Source: Mobula hypostoma (Eukaryota). Taken from it: a stretch of DNA of 64,000 nucleotides. The DNA lies in assembly GCF_963921235.1 (NCBI RefSeq), contig NC_086108.1, positions 94,180,001 to 94,244,000 of the forward strand, given 5' to 3'. How positions within the stretch are numbered: position 1 is the stretch's first letter; the number at the start of each line of letters is the position of its first letter. The notes beneath the pieces are model-generated. The model had not been told where the DNA came from and searched no databases. It worked only from the letters and a program-made list of their open reading frames with translations. A program made the translations under genes and the position numbers. Shown in pieces: positions 49,677 through 61,744 of the stretch.

Positions 49677-50569
49677 GTGTGTAATGCTTTAGGAAAACTA
49701 CAGTAGATCAAGGGAGTGGACTTTACTATCAACACCAGCAATAATGTCTTCTTTATTTGGTCAACATGACTATAATGCTTACTAATTTCTTACTGTGGTC
49801 ATAACTTGGTGAGACTGCTGTTGGTTTTCTTGGAGGGTGTGTCAAATAGAAAGTACAAGGCATTGATACTGTGTTAGCTTTCCCTTTGCTATCTATGTAA
49901 AGCCAACCAGTCCTGTAGTTGGGCTTTGTCTATTAATATCACAAACCAACTAGGCTGCCCAGTCACTTGGATGTAATTTTTAAATCTGCCCAAAGAGCCA
50001 AAGGGCATTAGTGTGGCAACATCCATAAAGCTGGGTTTCACTGTATGGCCAACTAAGTTCAATTCTTTTTTTAATGAAGTACACTGTAAGTTTCTACAAA
50101 TGCAATAATAACCAGATAACCCAATTTATTTCAGTAAAAATCATGTTTAATGGTTAAATTATTTACTTCAATTTAATTAGAGATACATCATAGTGACAAG
50201 CCCTTCAAAGCCACCAACCCCACGTGGCCCAGTTCCACACATTTGACCAATTAACCTTCTTACCTGTGCATCATAAACTGTGGGAGGAAACCAGAGCACC
50301 CGGAGGAAACCCGCACAGTCACAGGGAGAATATACAATCTCTTTTCTGACGGCTGTGAACTTGAATCTGGGTTGCTGGTGCTCTGAGAGTGTTACGCTGT
50401 TTGCTGTACAACCATACCGTCCCTTACTGACCAGGGCACCGGCAGAAATCTTGCTTTTGATTACCTTAGTAGTCCCTCAGTTTCATATCCCAAAAATAAC
50501 ACCCCTGACATCTGTCCATTAAATCACTAGACATCAGCCCAGTAACAAACTACAGGGTCAATGTAAAGA

Positions 50570-50830
50570 TTAAGTTAAAAGATTAGCTTTATTTGTTACA
50601 TGTGCATTGAAACTTTGAAACATACAGCAAAATGCATCGTTTGCATCAAATCAAGTCAGTGAGGGTTGTGCAGGGCAGCCTGCAAGGGTCGTCACACTTC
50701 CAGCACCAACATAGCACACCCACAACTCACGAACCCTAATGTGGGAGGACATACAAACTCCTTACAGAAAGCGGCTGGAATCGAGAGCTGGGGATATAAA
50801 GCATTACGCTAACTGCAATGTTACGGTGCC
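50570..50830 (-). mobile_element. Second SINE variant (other copies at ~3795-4085-, 13745-13950-, 43320-43610+)
   Basis: Same tRNA-like head, different tail (..tgtaacaaataaagctaatct). Confidence 0.55.
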
Positions 50831-50951
50831 TCCCTACAATCTAGACCTTATTTCTAACCTCTCCGCAGTGGAATTTGAACCTGGATGAGATCTCCCTGAG
50901 CTACGGGCCACGGTGATTTCTGACTTGATACTGTCTTGATTTCACTCACAG

Positions 50952-51646
50952 GAATGAGGTCGCCCACACCACAACCCCACACTTCGCAGCAGCAGCAACC
51001 CAGCGGGTCAGACGGAACGGCTCGGGACAGGTCGCCTGTGTTTCGAACCGGCAGCGAGCCTGCTCTCAGTCCCACGTGCTTCCGACTGCCCATACTGGAA
51101 TCTCAAGCCGGGGAAGCACTGAGGGGCTCCGACAGTCAGTTGTGTCCCAAGCCGCCGCCAAAGCCCAGCAAGGTGCCGTCCCTGAAAGTGGCCAACAGTC
51201 CTTTGTTAATGAACAATGCCAGGAAGGACAAGGGTGACGATGTGAATGCTGGCACTCTGGACATGGGGCTCAGTTACCGGCAGCAGGAGTCCTCACCAGA
51301 CAGGCCACTTTTCCCACAGCCTGACGGTTTTGTAGAGAGACTTAAAACCGAGGAAGCATTGAGGACCGTGTTTCCCAGTTCCATATCCGCCTGCAGCACA
51401 CCGGGTGACAGCTCGATCCCGTTCACATCCTCTCCTGTCGAGGGCGAGGAGGAGGTGAAGGCCCCAGCCTTTCTCAGACCTGTCATTGAAAATGTCTCCT
51501 GCTTCAGGCCCAATGACTTCAAATCAAAGCTGCTTCCCCCAGACAACAGGCCCCTGGACTCCTCTGTCATCAGGCATGTTAAGGAGCTGTTTACCAAAGC
51601 TGATTCAATAACAATTGCCAAATACATCCTAAAAGTGGACAGCCAG
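50952..51646 (+). CDS. bcar3: BCAR3-like exon: Pro/Ser-rich region and start of GEF-like domain (SPVFRTGSEPALSP...LRGSDSQLCPKPPPKP...KVDSQ)
   Basis: cacag acceptor, CAG|gtaaga donor; 695 nt, phase 1 to 0; within ORF 50936..51754. Confidence 0.95.
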
Positions 51647-52081
51647 GTAAGAAATGGTGTTAACCTCAGAACCTGTAGGCTGAACTGCTGTTTGGTTCCA
51701 CTCTGTTTTGTTTTTCTATTACAAATGATAAATGCTGGGAATCTGGATAACTAAATAATGATTCCCCTGGATTGTAACTTAGTATTGGTTCAATATTGTC
51801 ACATGTACCAGGATACAGTGAAAAAGTCCGTTTTGCATATTGTTCATACAGATCAAATCATTCCACTGGGCATTGAGCTAGAATAAGGTAAAACTATAAC
51901 AATGCAGAATAAAGTGTAAAATCTACTGAAAAAATGCAGTGCAGGCAAATGATAAAGTGCAAGATCATAACGAGGTAGATTTTGAGGTCAGATTTATATT
52001 TTTTAGCAGTTAGTTCCGGGGACTTGCAATGTCAATAATTATTGTCCACGGTGGTGAATATTGGTAGCTCGGGTTAAGGTG

Positions 52082-52657
52082 TTTGATGTTGCCACGTTCG
52101 CTGAGCTTCGCAATTAGTTTGCAAACATTTTATCATCAGCCGAGGTGACATCCTCAGTGTGCAGTTGTTGGTGTTTCTCTCTGGGAAGCACCAACAACTG
52201 TTTATAAAAGCCCCTGTTCGCTCGCCTCGATCCTGACTGGGGACTCCTTCAATTGACTTTTGTGTTCTATTGGCTCGCGTTTCATTGGCTCTTAGGGGTT
52301 CATAGATGGCATCTATTTTGGTATGTTTGTTGACAGAGTTATCAGAAGAGAACTAGGCTTCTAAAAATTCTTGTGCCTGAAGTGTGGCTCTCTTCTGATA
52401 ACTCCATAGACAAACATGTCAAAATAGACACCATCAATGAACCCCTAAAAGCCAACGAAACACTAGCCAATAGAATTTGAAGGTCAGCTTGAAGGGGTAG
52501 CCAATCAGGACTGAGGCAAGGGAACTGGGGCCTACATAGGCAGTTGCTGGAGTTTCCCAGAGAGAAGTACCAACAACTACTGCCAGGATGTCACCTCGGC
52601 TGGTGATGCAACATGTGCAAGCTAATTGCCAAGCTCAGCGAACACCACTACATCAAA
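52082..52657. mobile_element. Inverted repeat of a second Penelope-like family 3' end (GIY-YIG C-terminus + degenerate hammerhead)
   Basis: Arms ~52082-52351 and ~52389-52657. The minus frame gives AQEFLEA*FSSDNSVNKHTKIDAIYEPL and the plus arm WLSSDNSIDKHVKIDTINEPL; CTGAGGA T GTCACC..GGTGAT remnants. Confidence 0.75.
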
Positions 52658-53279
52658 TTATTGTCTCTCACTAATTGCTGAGCATTGAAAAGGTCGTTTA
52701 GATTCAACCAGGCAAGGATAACATATTACCTTTGCTGTAGGAATAAATAAAACTGACAGGGGCTGGCAATTTAATGGTTCATACCACCATGCTACTAGGA
52801 CCAGCTTTTCATTCCAGATTATTTTTTAAAAATCCCTAGCTGCTATAAGTTTTAAACTCCTGTCTGGAAAAGTAAGAAAGGCAATTAGCAGAATTCAATT
52901 TCTTAGGACAGCTTGAACCATCTGGGGCTCTTTGTACAAGCAAACAGTGGGATGAGCTGGCAGGGTCTTTTAAGATTGTGGAAGGCTTTGATGGAGATAT
53001 CATAGAGAAATGTTTCCACTTGCATCAAGTCCAGAATGATAGAAGGTATGACAGTCACCACAGAACTAGAATTAAAATGAAGCAAATTTAAAGGAGAAAC
53101 ATATAAAGGAGTTTCTCAAACTTCTGGTAATTGCCCCCCCCCTTTACTTGTTTGTTTATTATTATTATTATTTTATTTTATTTTTTTCCTCTCTGCTAGA
53201 TTATGTATTGCATTGAACTGCTGCTGCTAAGTTAACAAATTTCACATCACATGCCGGTGATAATAAACCTGATTCTGAT

Positions 53280-53655
53280 TCCCATTCCTGTTTCCCTCTC
53301 TCACTTTATCTCCCTACTTGCCCATCACCTCCCTCTTATGGTCCTCCCTCCTTCCCTTTCTTCCATGGTCTTCTACCCTCTCCTATCAGATTCCCCCTTC
53401 TCCAGCCCATAATCTCTTTCACCTATCAACTTCCCAGCTCTTTATTTCACCCCTCCCCCCCTCCCGGTTTCACCTGTCACCTACCACCTCATCCTTCTTC
53501 CTCCCCTCCCCCACCTTCTTCCTCTCCTCCCCCACTTTCTTCCTCTAACTTCTCATCTTCTTTTCCAGTCCTGATGAAAGGTCTCGGCCCGAAACCTCAA
53601 CTGTTTACTCTTTTCCATAGGTGCCAAGTTCCTCCAGCATTTTGTGTGTGTAACA
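53280..53655 (+). mobile_element. Penelope-like 3' fragment with mutated hammerhead
   Basis: Pyrimidine-rich body, then CAGTC CTGATGA AAGGTCTCGGCCC GAAA CC TC AACTG at 53566-53603. Confidence 0.7.
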
Positions 53656-54072
53656 TACAAAAGGGAAAGGAATGTGATTTGGGTTAAATAGTGAATGGTG
53701 GGAGGGATTTCGCCTGGAGGATGAACATTGAGTGAAATGGCCTGCTTCTGGGGTATTATTAATGTGGAGATAGCCCCTGCATAATTGCCTCCTACCCTTC
53801 CCACTAGCCAAACAGCAGCACACATCATTACTGAGATAAGATGATGAGAGGCATCGATTGTGTGGATAGTCAGGGGCTTTTTCCCAGGGCTGAAATGGCA
53901 GGAGGGCACAGTTTAAGGTGCTTGGAAGTAGGTACAGAGGAGATGTCAGGGGGTAAGTTTTTTTACGCAGAGAGTGGTGAGCGCGTGGAATGGGCTGCCA
54001 GCGACGGAGGTGGATACAATAGGGTCTTTTAAGAGACTCTTGGATAGGTACATGGAGCTCAGAAAAATAAAG

Positions 54073-55622
54073 GTCCCTCGGACCTTGAAGGAGACTAGTG
54101 TTGAAATTGCAGGGGCCCCGGCTGAAGTATTTAAAATGTCGCTGTCTACAGGTGAGGTGCCGGAGGATTGGAGAGTGGCTCATGTTGTTCCGTTGTTTAA
54201 AAAAGGATCGAAAAGTAATCCGGGAAATTATAGGCCAGTAAGTTTAACGTCAGTAGTAGGTAAGTTATTGGAGGGAGTACTAAGAGACAGAATCTACAAG
54301 CATTTGGATAGACTGGGACTTATTAGGGAGAGTCAACATGGCTTTGTGCGTGGTAGGTCATGTTTGACCAATCTATTGGAGTTTTTCGAGGAGGTTACCA
54401 GGAAAGTGGATGAAGGGAAGGCAGTGGATATTGTCTACATGGACTTCAGTAAGGCCTTTGACAAGGTCCTGCATGGGAGGTTAGTTAGGAAAATTCAGTC
54501 GCTAGGTATACATGGAGAGGTGGTAAATTGGATTAGACATTGGCTCGATGGAAGAAGCCAGAGAGTGGTGGTAGAGAATTGCTTCTCTGAGTGGAGGCCT
54601 GTGACTAGTGGTGTGCCACAGGGATCAGTGCTGGGTCCATTGTTATTTGTCATCTATATCAATGATCTGGATGATAATGTGGTAAACTGGATCAGCAAGT
54701 TTGCTGATGATACAAAGATTGGAGGTGTAGTAGACAGTGAGGAAGATTTTCAGAGCCTGCAGAGGGACTTGGACCAGCTGGAAAAATGGGCTGAAAAATG
54801 GCAGATGGAGTTTAATACTGACAAGTGTGAGGTATTGCACGTTGGAAGGACAAACCTACGTAGAACATTCAGGGTTAATGGTAAGGCACTGAGGAGTGCA
54901 GTGGAACAGAAGGATCTGGGAATACAGATACAAAATTCCCTAAAAGTGGCGTCACAGGTAGATAGGGTCGTAAAGAGAGCTTTTGGTACATTGGCCTTTA
55001 TTAATCAAAGTATTGAGTATAAGAGCTGGAATGTTATGATGAGGTTGTATAAGGCATTGGTGAGGCCGAATCTGGAATATTGTGTTCAGTTTTGGTCACC
55101 AAATTACAGGAAGGATATAAATAAGGTTGAAAGAGTGCAGAGAAGGTTTACAAGGATGTTGCCGGGACTTGAGAAACTCAGTTACAGAGAAAGGTTGAAT
55201 AGGTTGGGACTTTATTCCCTGGAGCGTAGAAGAATGAGGGGAGATTTGATAGAGGTATATAAAATTATGATGGGTATAGATAGAGTGAATGCAAGCAGGC
55301 TTTTTCCACTGAGGCAAGGGGAGAAAAAAACCAGAGGACATGGGTTTAGGGTGAGGGGGGAAAAGTTTAAAGGGAACATTGGGGGGGGGGCTTCTTCACA
55401 CAGAGAGTGGTGGGAGTATGGAATGAGCTGCCAGACGAGGTGGTAAATGCGGGTTCTTTTTTAACATTTAAGAATAAATTGGACAGATACATGGATGGGA
55501 GGTGTATGGAGGGATATGGTCTGTGCGCAGGTCAGTGGGACTAGGCAGAAAATGGTACGGCACAGCCAAGAAGGGCCAAAAGGCCTGTTTCTGTGCTGTA
55601 GTTTCTATGGTATGGTTTCTAT
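54073..55622 (+). mobile_element. Young CR1-like LINE with an uninterrupted RT-domain reading frame, nested in an older CR1 3' end (~53835-55720)
   Basis: ORF 53974..55446 contains all RT motifs (YMDFSKAFDKV, GVPQGSVLGP, FADD); its first ~33 aa belong to the host copy. Confidence 0.92.
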
Positions 55623-55969
55623 AGCTATGGGTAACCCTAGATAATTTCTAAAATAAGTACATGTTCGGCACAGCATTGTGGGCCGAAGGGCCTGTACTGT
55701 GCTGTAGGTTTTCTATGTTTCTAAGAAAGTGGTGACGACAGTTCTAGTGTGGCCAATGTCTGAAGCCGACCAATGAAGAGTAACTAACTGCATGCTGTCA
55801 ATACAAAAGATGAAGAGTAGCTGAGCACTTGCCATTGCTCATAAAGAGTGAGTGTGTTTTGAGTTGCATATAACCTCAGGTTTGAAACAGTGATATCTCT
55901 AGTCATGTTTAAGTTATTAATATCTCTACAATTGATTTCCTAGGAACTTTTTAGAAAAAATTAGCAGAA

Positions 55970-56427
55970 TCATAAGATATAGCAGCAAAATTGGGCCAAT
56001 TGGCCCATCAAGTCTGCTCTGCCATTTCATCATGGTTGATCCAATTTTTCTGTCCAACTCAGTTTCCTGCTTTCTTCCCTTATCTCTTCATGCCCTGACT
56101 AAACAAGAATCTATCAAACTCTGCCTTAAATATACGTAAAGACTTGGCCTCCACAGCTGGTTTTGACAAAGAATTCCACAGATTTGCCACTCTCTGGCTA
56201 AAGAAATTCTTCTTCATCTCTGTTCTAAAAGCATGCCCCTCTATTCTGAGACTGTGTCCTCTGGTCTTAGACTCTCCCACCATAGGAAACATCCTCTCCC
56301 CATCCATTCTATCAAGGCCTTTCACTGTTCAATAGACTTCAATGAGGTGCCCCTCATTCTTCTGAATTCTAGTGAATACAGGCCCAGAGCCATCAAACAC
56401 TGTTCATAAGACAAGCCATTCAATCCA
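55970..56427 (-). mobile_element. CR1-like 3' fragment
   Basis: ORF 56080..56325 TRGHSLRIEG..NFFSQRV. Confidence 0.8.
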
Positions 56428-56624
56428 AGTGTTTAATGCATGCTGCTGTAAAGATGCTTTAATTCATAAAAGTATCGGCATCCCTGGGATGGATGAAGCT
56501 GCAGCAACATAACTATCGAAGAACCTTGAGCCTTTTGTGCTAAAGGTTAACTGACTCAGGGTCTTGAGTTCAGGGCCAGCTGTAACCAGTGCGGCAGAGC
56601 TCAATATCAAGTTGTAAGAGTCGG

Positions 56625-56880
56625 TATCTCGGGCCGAGCCCCTTCATCAGGACTGGAAAGCAAAGGGGAAGATGCCAGAATAAGGAGCTAGCAGGAGGAG
56701 AAGGAGTTCAAACTAGAAGGTGAAGCCAGGTGGCTGGGGGAGGGGTGATGAAGTAAGAAGCTGGGAAATGATAGGTGGAAAAGGAAAAGGCCTAGAGATA
56801 GGAGAGGAGAATGGATCATTGGAGAAAGGGAAGGAGGAGGGGCACCAGGGTGAGGTGATAGGCAGGTGAGGAGAAGATGT
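56625..56880 (-). mobile_element. Penelope-like fragment with mutated hammerhead
   Basis: Reverse complement CAGTC CTGATGA AGGGGCTCGGCCC GAGA (GAAA box mutated) next to the purine-rich body. Confidence 0.6.
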
Positions 56881-57215
56881 AACAAATCTGTTTTGAATAC
56901 TTGGATTTATGTTGTTCCTTATGGACTGATTATCCAGGGACAGGAGGATAGAAATTCCATTTGGAACACTTAGTCCATAGTGGTATTTTTTTGTATGTAA
57001 AATTCTTGTCCCCTGCCTGCTTGAGGTGAAGCCGTTGTGGAATATTGTTTACTTTAAAAACTTCCACATAGCTTTATAATTCTATGCAAAAGCGGTGAAA
57101 TAAGAAGCAAGGTTATTAAATGCTTGCAGTAATTAGCTAACCCCTGTGTACATAAGATGACCTATTTAGAGGAGAAATTTCTTGCCTACACATACTAAAC
57201 TTCTGGTCTCCTCAG

Positions 57216-57331
57216 GTTGCTAGGATACTGAATGTCTCTGAAGAAATGAAGCAGCAAATGCAAGTGAGCTCGGGCCTGGAACTTATTACGCTGCCTCACG
57301 GGCACCAACTGCGCTTGGATTTAATTGAAAG
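57216..57331 (+). CDS. bcar3: BCAR3-like exon: VARILNVSEEMKQQMQVSSGLELITLPHGHQLRLDLIER
   Basis: ctcag acceptor, AG|gtaaac donor; 116 nt; NSP-family GLELITLPHG motif; too short for the ORF track. Confidence 0.95.
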
Positions 57332-58284
57332 GTAAACAGTACAAGTCCTCTGTTTGTGTAATAAATTGCAACAGCATTGTCTCCTCTGTAGAAGAAAGGA
57401 GGGTTAACCCTGTGAAAGCTAAGTAAAATGTGCCTCCTGTCTGACACCGCCTGTACTACTTGCATTGTTTTTCTGGGGTAAATCTTCAATCAATAATCTG
57501 ACCAGTTACCTATCCCATTCAAACTGTTAAGCCAACTCACTGGGTATATTTAAAGTTAATAGGTTCTTGATTAGTAAGGGTGTCAAAGGTTACAGGGCGA
57601 AGACTGGAGATTGGGGTTGAGTGGGATAATAAATCAACCCTGATGCAGGAAACCTGGTGGGCTGAATGGCTTAATTCTGCACCTATGTGTTACAGTTTTC
57701 TGATTAAAAAGGTAAGGGTTGCTACGGAAGGCTTCAGCTCTTGTGGGTTGGGGAAGTAGACACCAGATCGCCATCTATTGCACCAACCGTTCTACTCCAT
57801 ATCTGGAAAATAAGATAACAGTAAGCTCAATTGCACTGCCTCTCCAATTGAATGGCTCATTATCTTGGGGCTTGTTTGAACTGGTGACTCTTGAACTGGG
57901 AATAGAAAGAATAAGAAATTGTTCAGACCATGTCAGTGTAAAATCTTCTATAAAAATGCAGCATGTAGCAGTGCCCTCAATGTGTCAGTCCCTTCACTAG
58001 AAAATTGGAGGATATCAGTGACAGATTTACTGTAGAACTGCTTGATTGTTTGACATCTTTAGGTCCCAAATTGGGAAACTTAATTATTCTTTGGAATAAT
58101 CAGTAAAGAAATTGGAAAGTTAGTCTTGATAAAGTACTCACATTCTTTGAGAGATCTGGCCTAGCCTTGATAGCTTAGTGGGATATTCCTTGTGAAATTT
58201 TTGGAGGTTCTTCATGTTCTAAATGAAACCTTTCTATAATCTTTCCACTGGAGAACTAAGATAGAAGAAGGCACAGGTTATGAT

Positions 58285-59420
58285 GAAGTACAAAGTAAAT
58301 TTATTATCAAAGTACACATATGTCACCATAAACAGCCCTGAGATTCATTTTCTTGCAGGCATACTTAATAAGCCCATAATAGAATCAATGAAAGATCACA
58401 CCACTTGGGTGATCATCCAGTGTGCAAAAGACAACAAACTAAGCAAATACACAATGAAAGAAATAATAATAATAAATAAATAAGCAATAAATATTGAGAA
58501 CATGGGATAAAGAGTCCTTGAAAAGGAACAGTTCAGTGATGGGGTGAATGTTGGCTGAGGGGTAATAACTGTTTCTGAGTGTGGCAGTGTGTGTCCTGAG
58601 TCTCCTGTACCTTCTTAATGGCAGCAGTGAGAAGAGAGCAAGTCCTGGGTGTTGGGGTGGGGGGGGGGGTGCGGGTTCCTGATGATGGATGCTGCTTTTC
58701 TGCAACGATGCTTTGTGTAGATGTGCCTAATGGTGGGGAGGGGTTTTCCCTGTGATGGACTGGGCTGTATTCACTACTTTTTGTAGGATTTCCCATTCAA
58801 GGGCATTGGTGTTTCCATATCAGGCTGTGATGCAGCCAGTCAATATCCTCTTCACCACACGTCTATAGAAGTTTGTCAGAGTTTTAGATGTCATACCGAA
58901 TCTTCGCAAATTCCCAAGGAAGTAGAGGTGCTGCCGTGCTTTCTTTGTAATTGCACATACAGGTTCTCCAAAATAATAACACTAAGGAATTTAAAGTCGC
59001 TGACCCGCTCCACCTCTGATCTTCCGATGATGACTGGCTAATGGACTTCTGGTTTCCTCCTCCTGAATCCAATAATCAGCTCCTTGGACTTACTGATATT
59101 GAGTGAGAGGTTGTTATAGTGGCACTACTCAGCCAGATTTTCAGTCTCCCTCCTATATTCCTATATGCTGATTCATCACCACCTTTGATTTGGACTACGA
59201 CAGTGGAGTCATCAGCAAATTTGAATACAACATTGGAGCTGTGTTTAGCCACACAGTCATAAGTGTAAAGCGAGTAGAGCAGAGGGCTAAGCACACAGCC
59301 TAATGAAGATGTTGTTGCCAATCCAAACTGACTGGGGTCTGCAAGTAAGGAAATCCAAGATCCAGTTGCACAAAGATGTATTGAGGCCAAGGTCTTGTAG
59401 CTTATTCATTAGTTTTGAGG
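58285..59420 (-). mobile_element. Rex1/Babar-like fragment, same family as 15880-17080
   Basis: [30 protein letters not shown]. Confidence 0.75.
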
Positions 59421-60039
59421 GGATCTATTTAAAATCATTGTTTTTAGATTGGGCATTGGATATCAGAAGTAGTACTGAACTAGAAGTGAACGTACCACTA
59501 ATTCACCAGAACAATGCCAGGTTTTAGAATATTTATGGGTAATCTATTCACAATGATAAAAGCGCAGAAAAACATTTTATTGTAGTGGTGAGTCCTAAAC
59601 AAGTTTGATAATGACATTAAATATGATGGGATTGTGAGCAGAAACGGAGAATTTCAAAAGCTTCAAGGACATTGTAGGCCAAATGACCTGTCCAGTGCTG
59701 TACTGTTCATTGTTCTAAATAGGGAAGCTGAGTGAGTGGATGAGAAGATGAATGATAGAACATAATGTAGAAAAATGGGAGGTGATCTACCAGTGCTCCA
59801 ACAGGAAAGCAGAGTATTTTTTTTTTACATAGAGAAGGGTCAGGCAACATTGAAGTTCAAATACACAAGTGGGCTCTGTACACAAGTCACTAAATATGGG
59901 CACAGTAAACTATTCAAGAAAGCAGATAGTGGATTGGCCTCTATAATCAAAATAAGGTTTCCTTATTTGAGACCACATTTTAAGTGCTTTATAGTTTCTT
60001 GTCTCCCTACCTATATAAAAAAATAGATTTGCCTTGTAC

Positions 60040-60515
60040 CATAAGTATAGAATTATGCTATTTGTCCCATCAAGTCTGCTCCACCATTCAATCATGATTG
60101 ATTTATTTTCCCTCTCAACATCAATCTCCTGCCTTCTCCCCATAACCTGTGATGCCTTTACTAATCAAGAACCTATCCCAATATACTCAAGGGCTTGGCC
60201 TCCTCCACCATCTGTGGCAATGAGTTCAATAGATTCACCAGCCTCCGGCTAAAAAATCTCTTCTTCATCACTGTTCTAAATGGATGTCCTCCTATTCTGA
60301 GGCTGTGTACTCGGATCTTGGACTCCCCCCCACCCCCCCCCATAGTAAACATCCTCTCCATGTCCATTCTATCTAGGCCTTTCAATATTTGATAGGTTTC
60401 AGTGAGATCCCCCCATTCTTTTAAACTCCAGCAAGTACAGTCTCAGAGCCATTAAACACTCTGCATACATTAACCCTTTCATTCCTGGAATCATTCTCAT
60501 GTACCACCTCTGGGC
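60040..60515 (-). mobile_element. CR1-like 3' fragment
   Basis: ORF 60173..60385, same 3' UTR as other copies. Confidence 0.75.
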
Positions 60516-60538
60516 CCTCGTATAGACAACATATAGAG

Positions 60539-60618
60539 CAGGGGTTCCCAACCTTTTTTATGCCATTGACCAATACCATTAAGCAAGGGGTCCACAGACC
60601 TCAGGTTGAGAACCGTTG
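60539..60618. mobile_element. 80-bp hAT-like MITE
   Basis: CAGGGGTTCCCAACCT / AGGTTGAGAACCGTTG termini; imperfect 8-bp TSD ATATAGAG/TTATAGAA. Confidence 0.65.
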
Positions 60619-61744
60619 TTATAGAATGTTGTGAAAGTTCACAAGATTGCTCTATGAGAAAAGATTCAGTAGACTGGCCCAATATTCTCTTGAATCTTGA
60701 AGAAAAAGAGGAAATCTATTTAAAATTTACAAAGTTTATACGGAGTTTAGCATGGACACTCAGCATGGCTTTGTGTGGTTCAGGTCATGTCTTACTAACT
60801 TGACTTTTTTGATGTGGTGCTGAGGTGGTCAATACGATTCGAGCAGTGGATGTTGTATATGTGAGTTTACTGAGGCATTCAACATGATCTGTCATGGGAG
60901 GCTCATCCAGAGGCTTAAACTGTACGGGATTCACAATAACCTAGCCCTTTAGATTTGGAATCAACTTGCCCATAGAAGACAGAGGCTAGTGGCCAACGGG
61001 TCTTATTCTGGCTGGACATCTGTAATTAGTAGTACTTATCAGGGATCTGTACAAGGACTGCTGCTGTTTGTTATTTATATAAGTGACTTGGATGAAAATG
61101 TGAATGGGTGGGTTAGTAAGTTTGCTGAAAACACAGGGATTTGTGGTGTTGCGGACGGTGTCGAAGGCATTAAATTCAATAGTTGTTGATATTTTATGAA
61201 ACTCTAGTTAGGGTGTATCGAGAAGAGCTTGGACAAACTGGGGCTATTTTCTCTCGAGTGCCAGAGGAGGAGGGAGACCTGATATTTATTTATCTATTGA
61301 GATACAGCACGAAATACGCCCTTCGAACCACACTGCAGCCCCCAATTTAACCCTAGACTAATCATGAGACAATTTACAATGACCAATTAACCTACCAACC
61401 AGTAGGTCTTTGGACTATGGGAGGGAACTGAAGCACCCGGAGGAAACCTACACAATCATGGGAAGAACATACAAACTCCTTACAGGCAGCAGTGGGAATT
61501 GAGCCTGGGTCACTGGTTTTGTAAAGCATTGTGCTAACCACTACACTATCGTTCCAGTCCTTGTGATTGCATTAATGCCCAAAGTAGGTCATCCAATATG
61601 TTAACGTCCAAGAGTTTAAGCTACTGACACTCTCCATCACCAATCCATCGATTGCTCTCCCTCCCCTTGCTGCATTTGAGCCATCTGATCCATGATCTCC
61701 TTGGAGAGCTATTCTTTTGCCCATGTTTTACTTCTTTCTCCTAA

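Noticed and set aside
53974..55446. 490-aa ORF as a host gene or domesticated RT
   Set aside because: Chimera of two nested CR1 copies; 5'-truncated, with a near-identical sibling at 38221.
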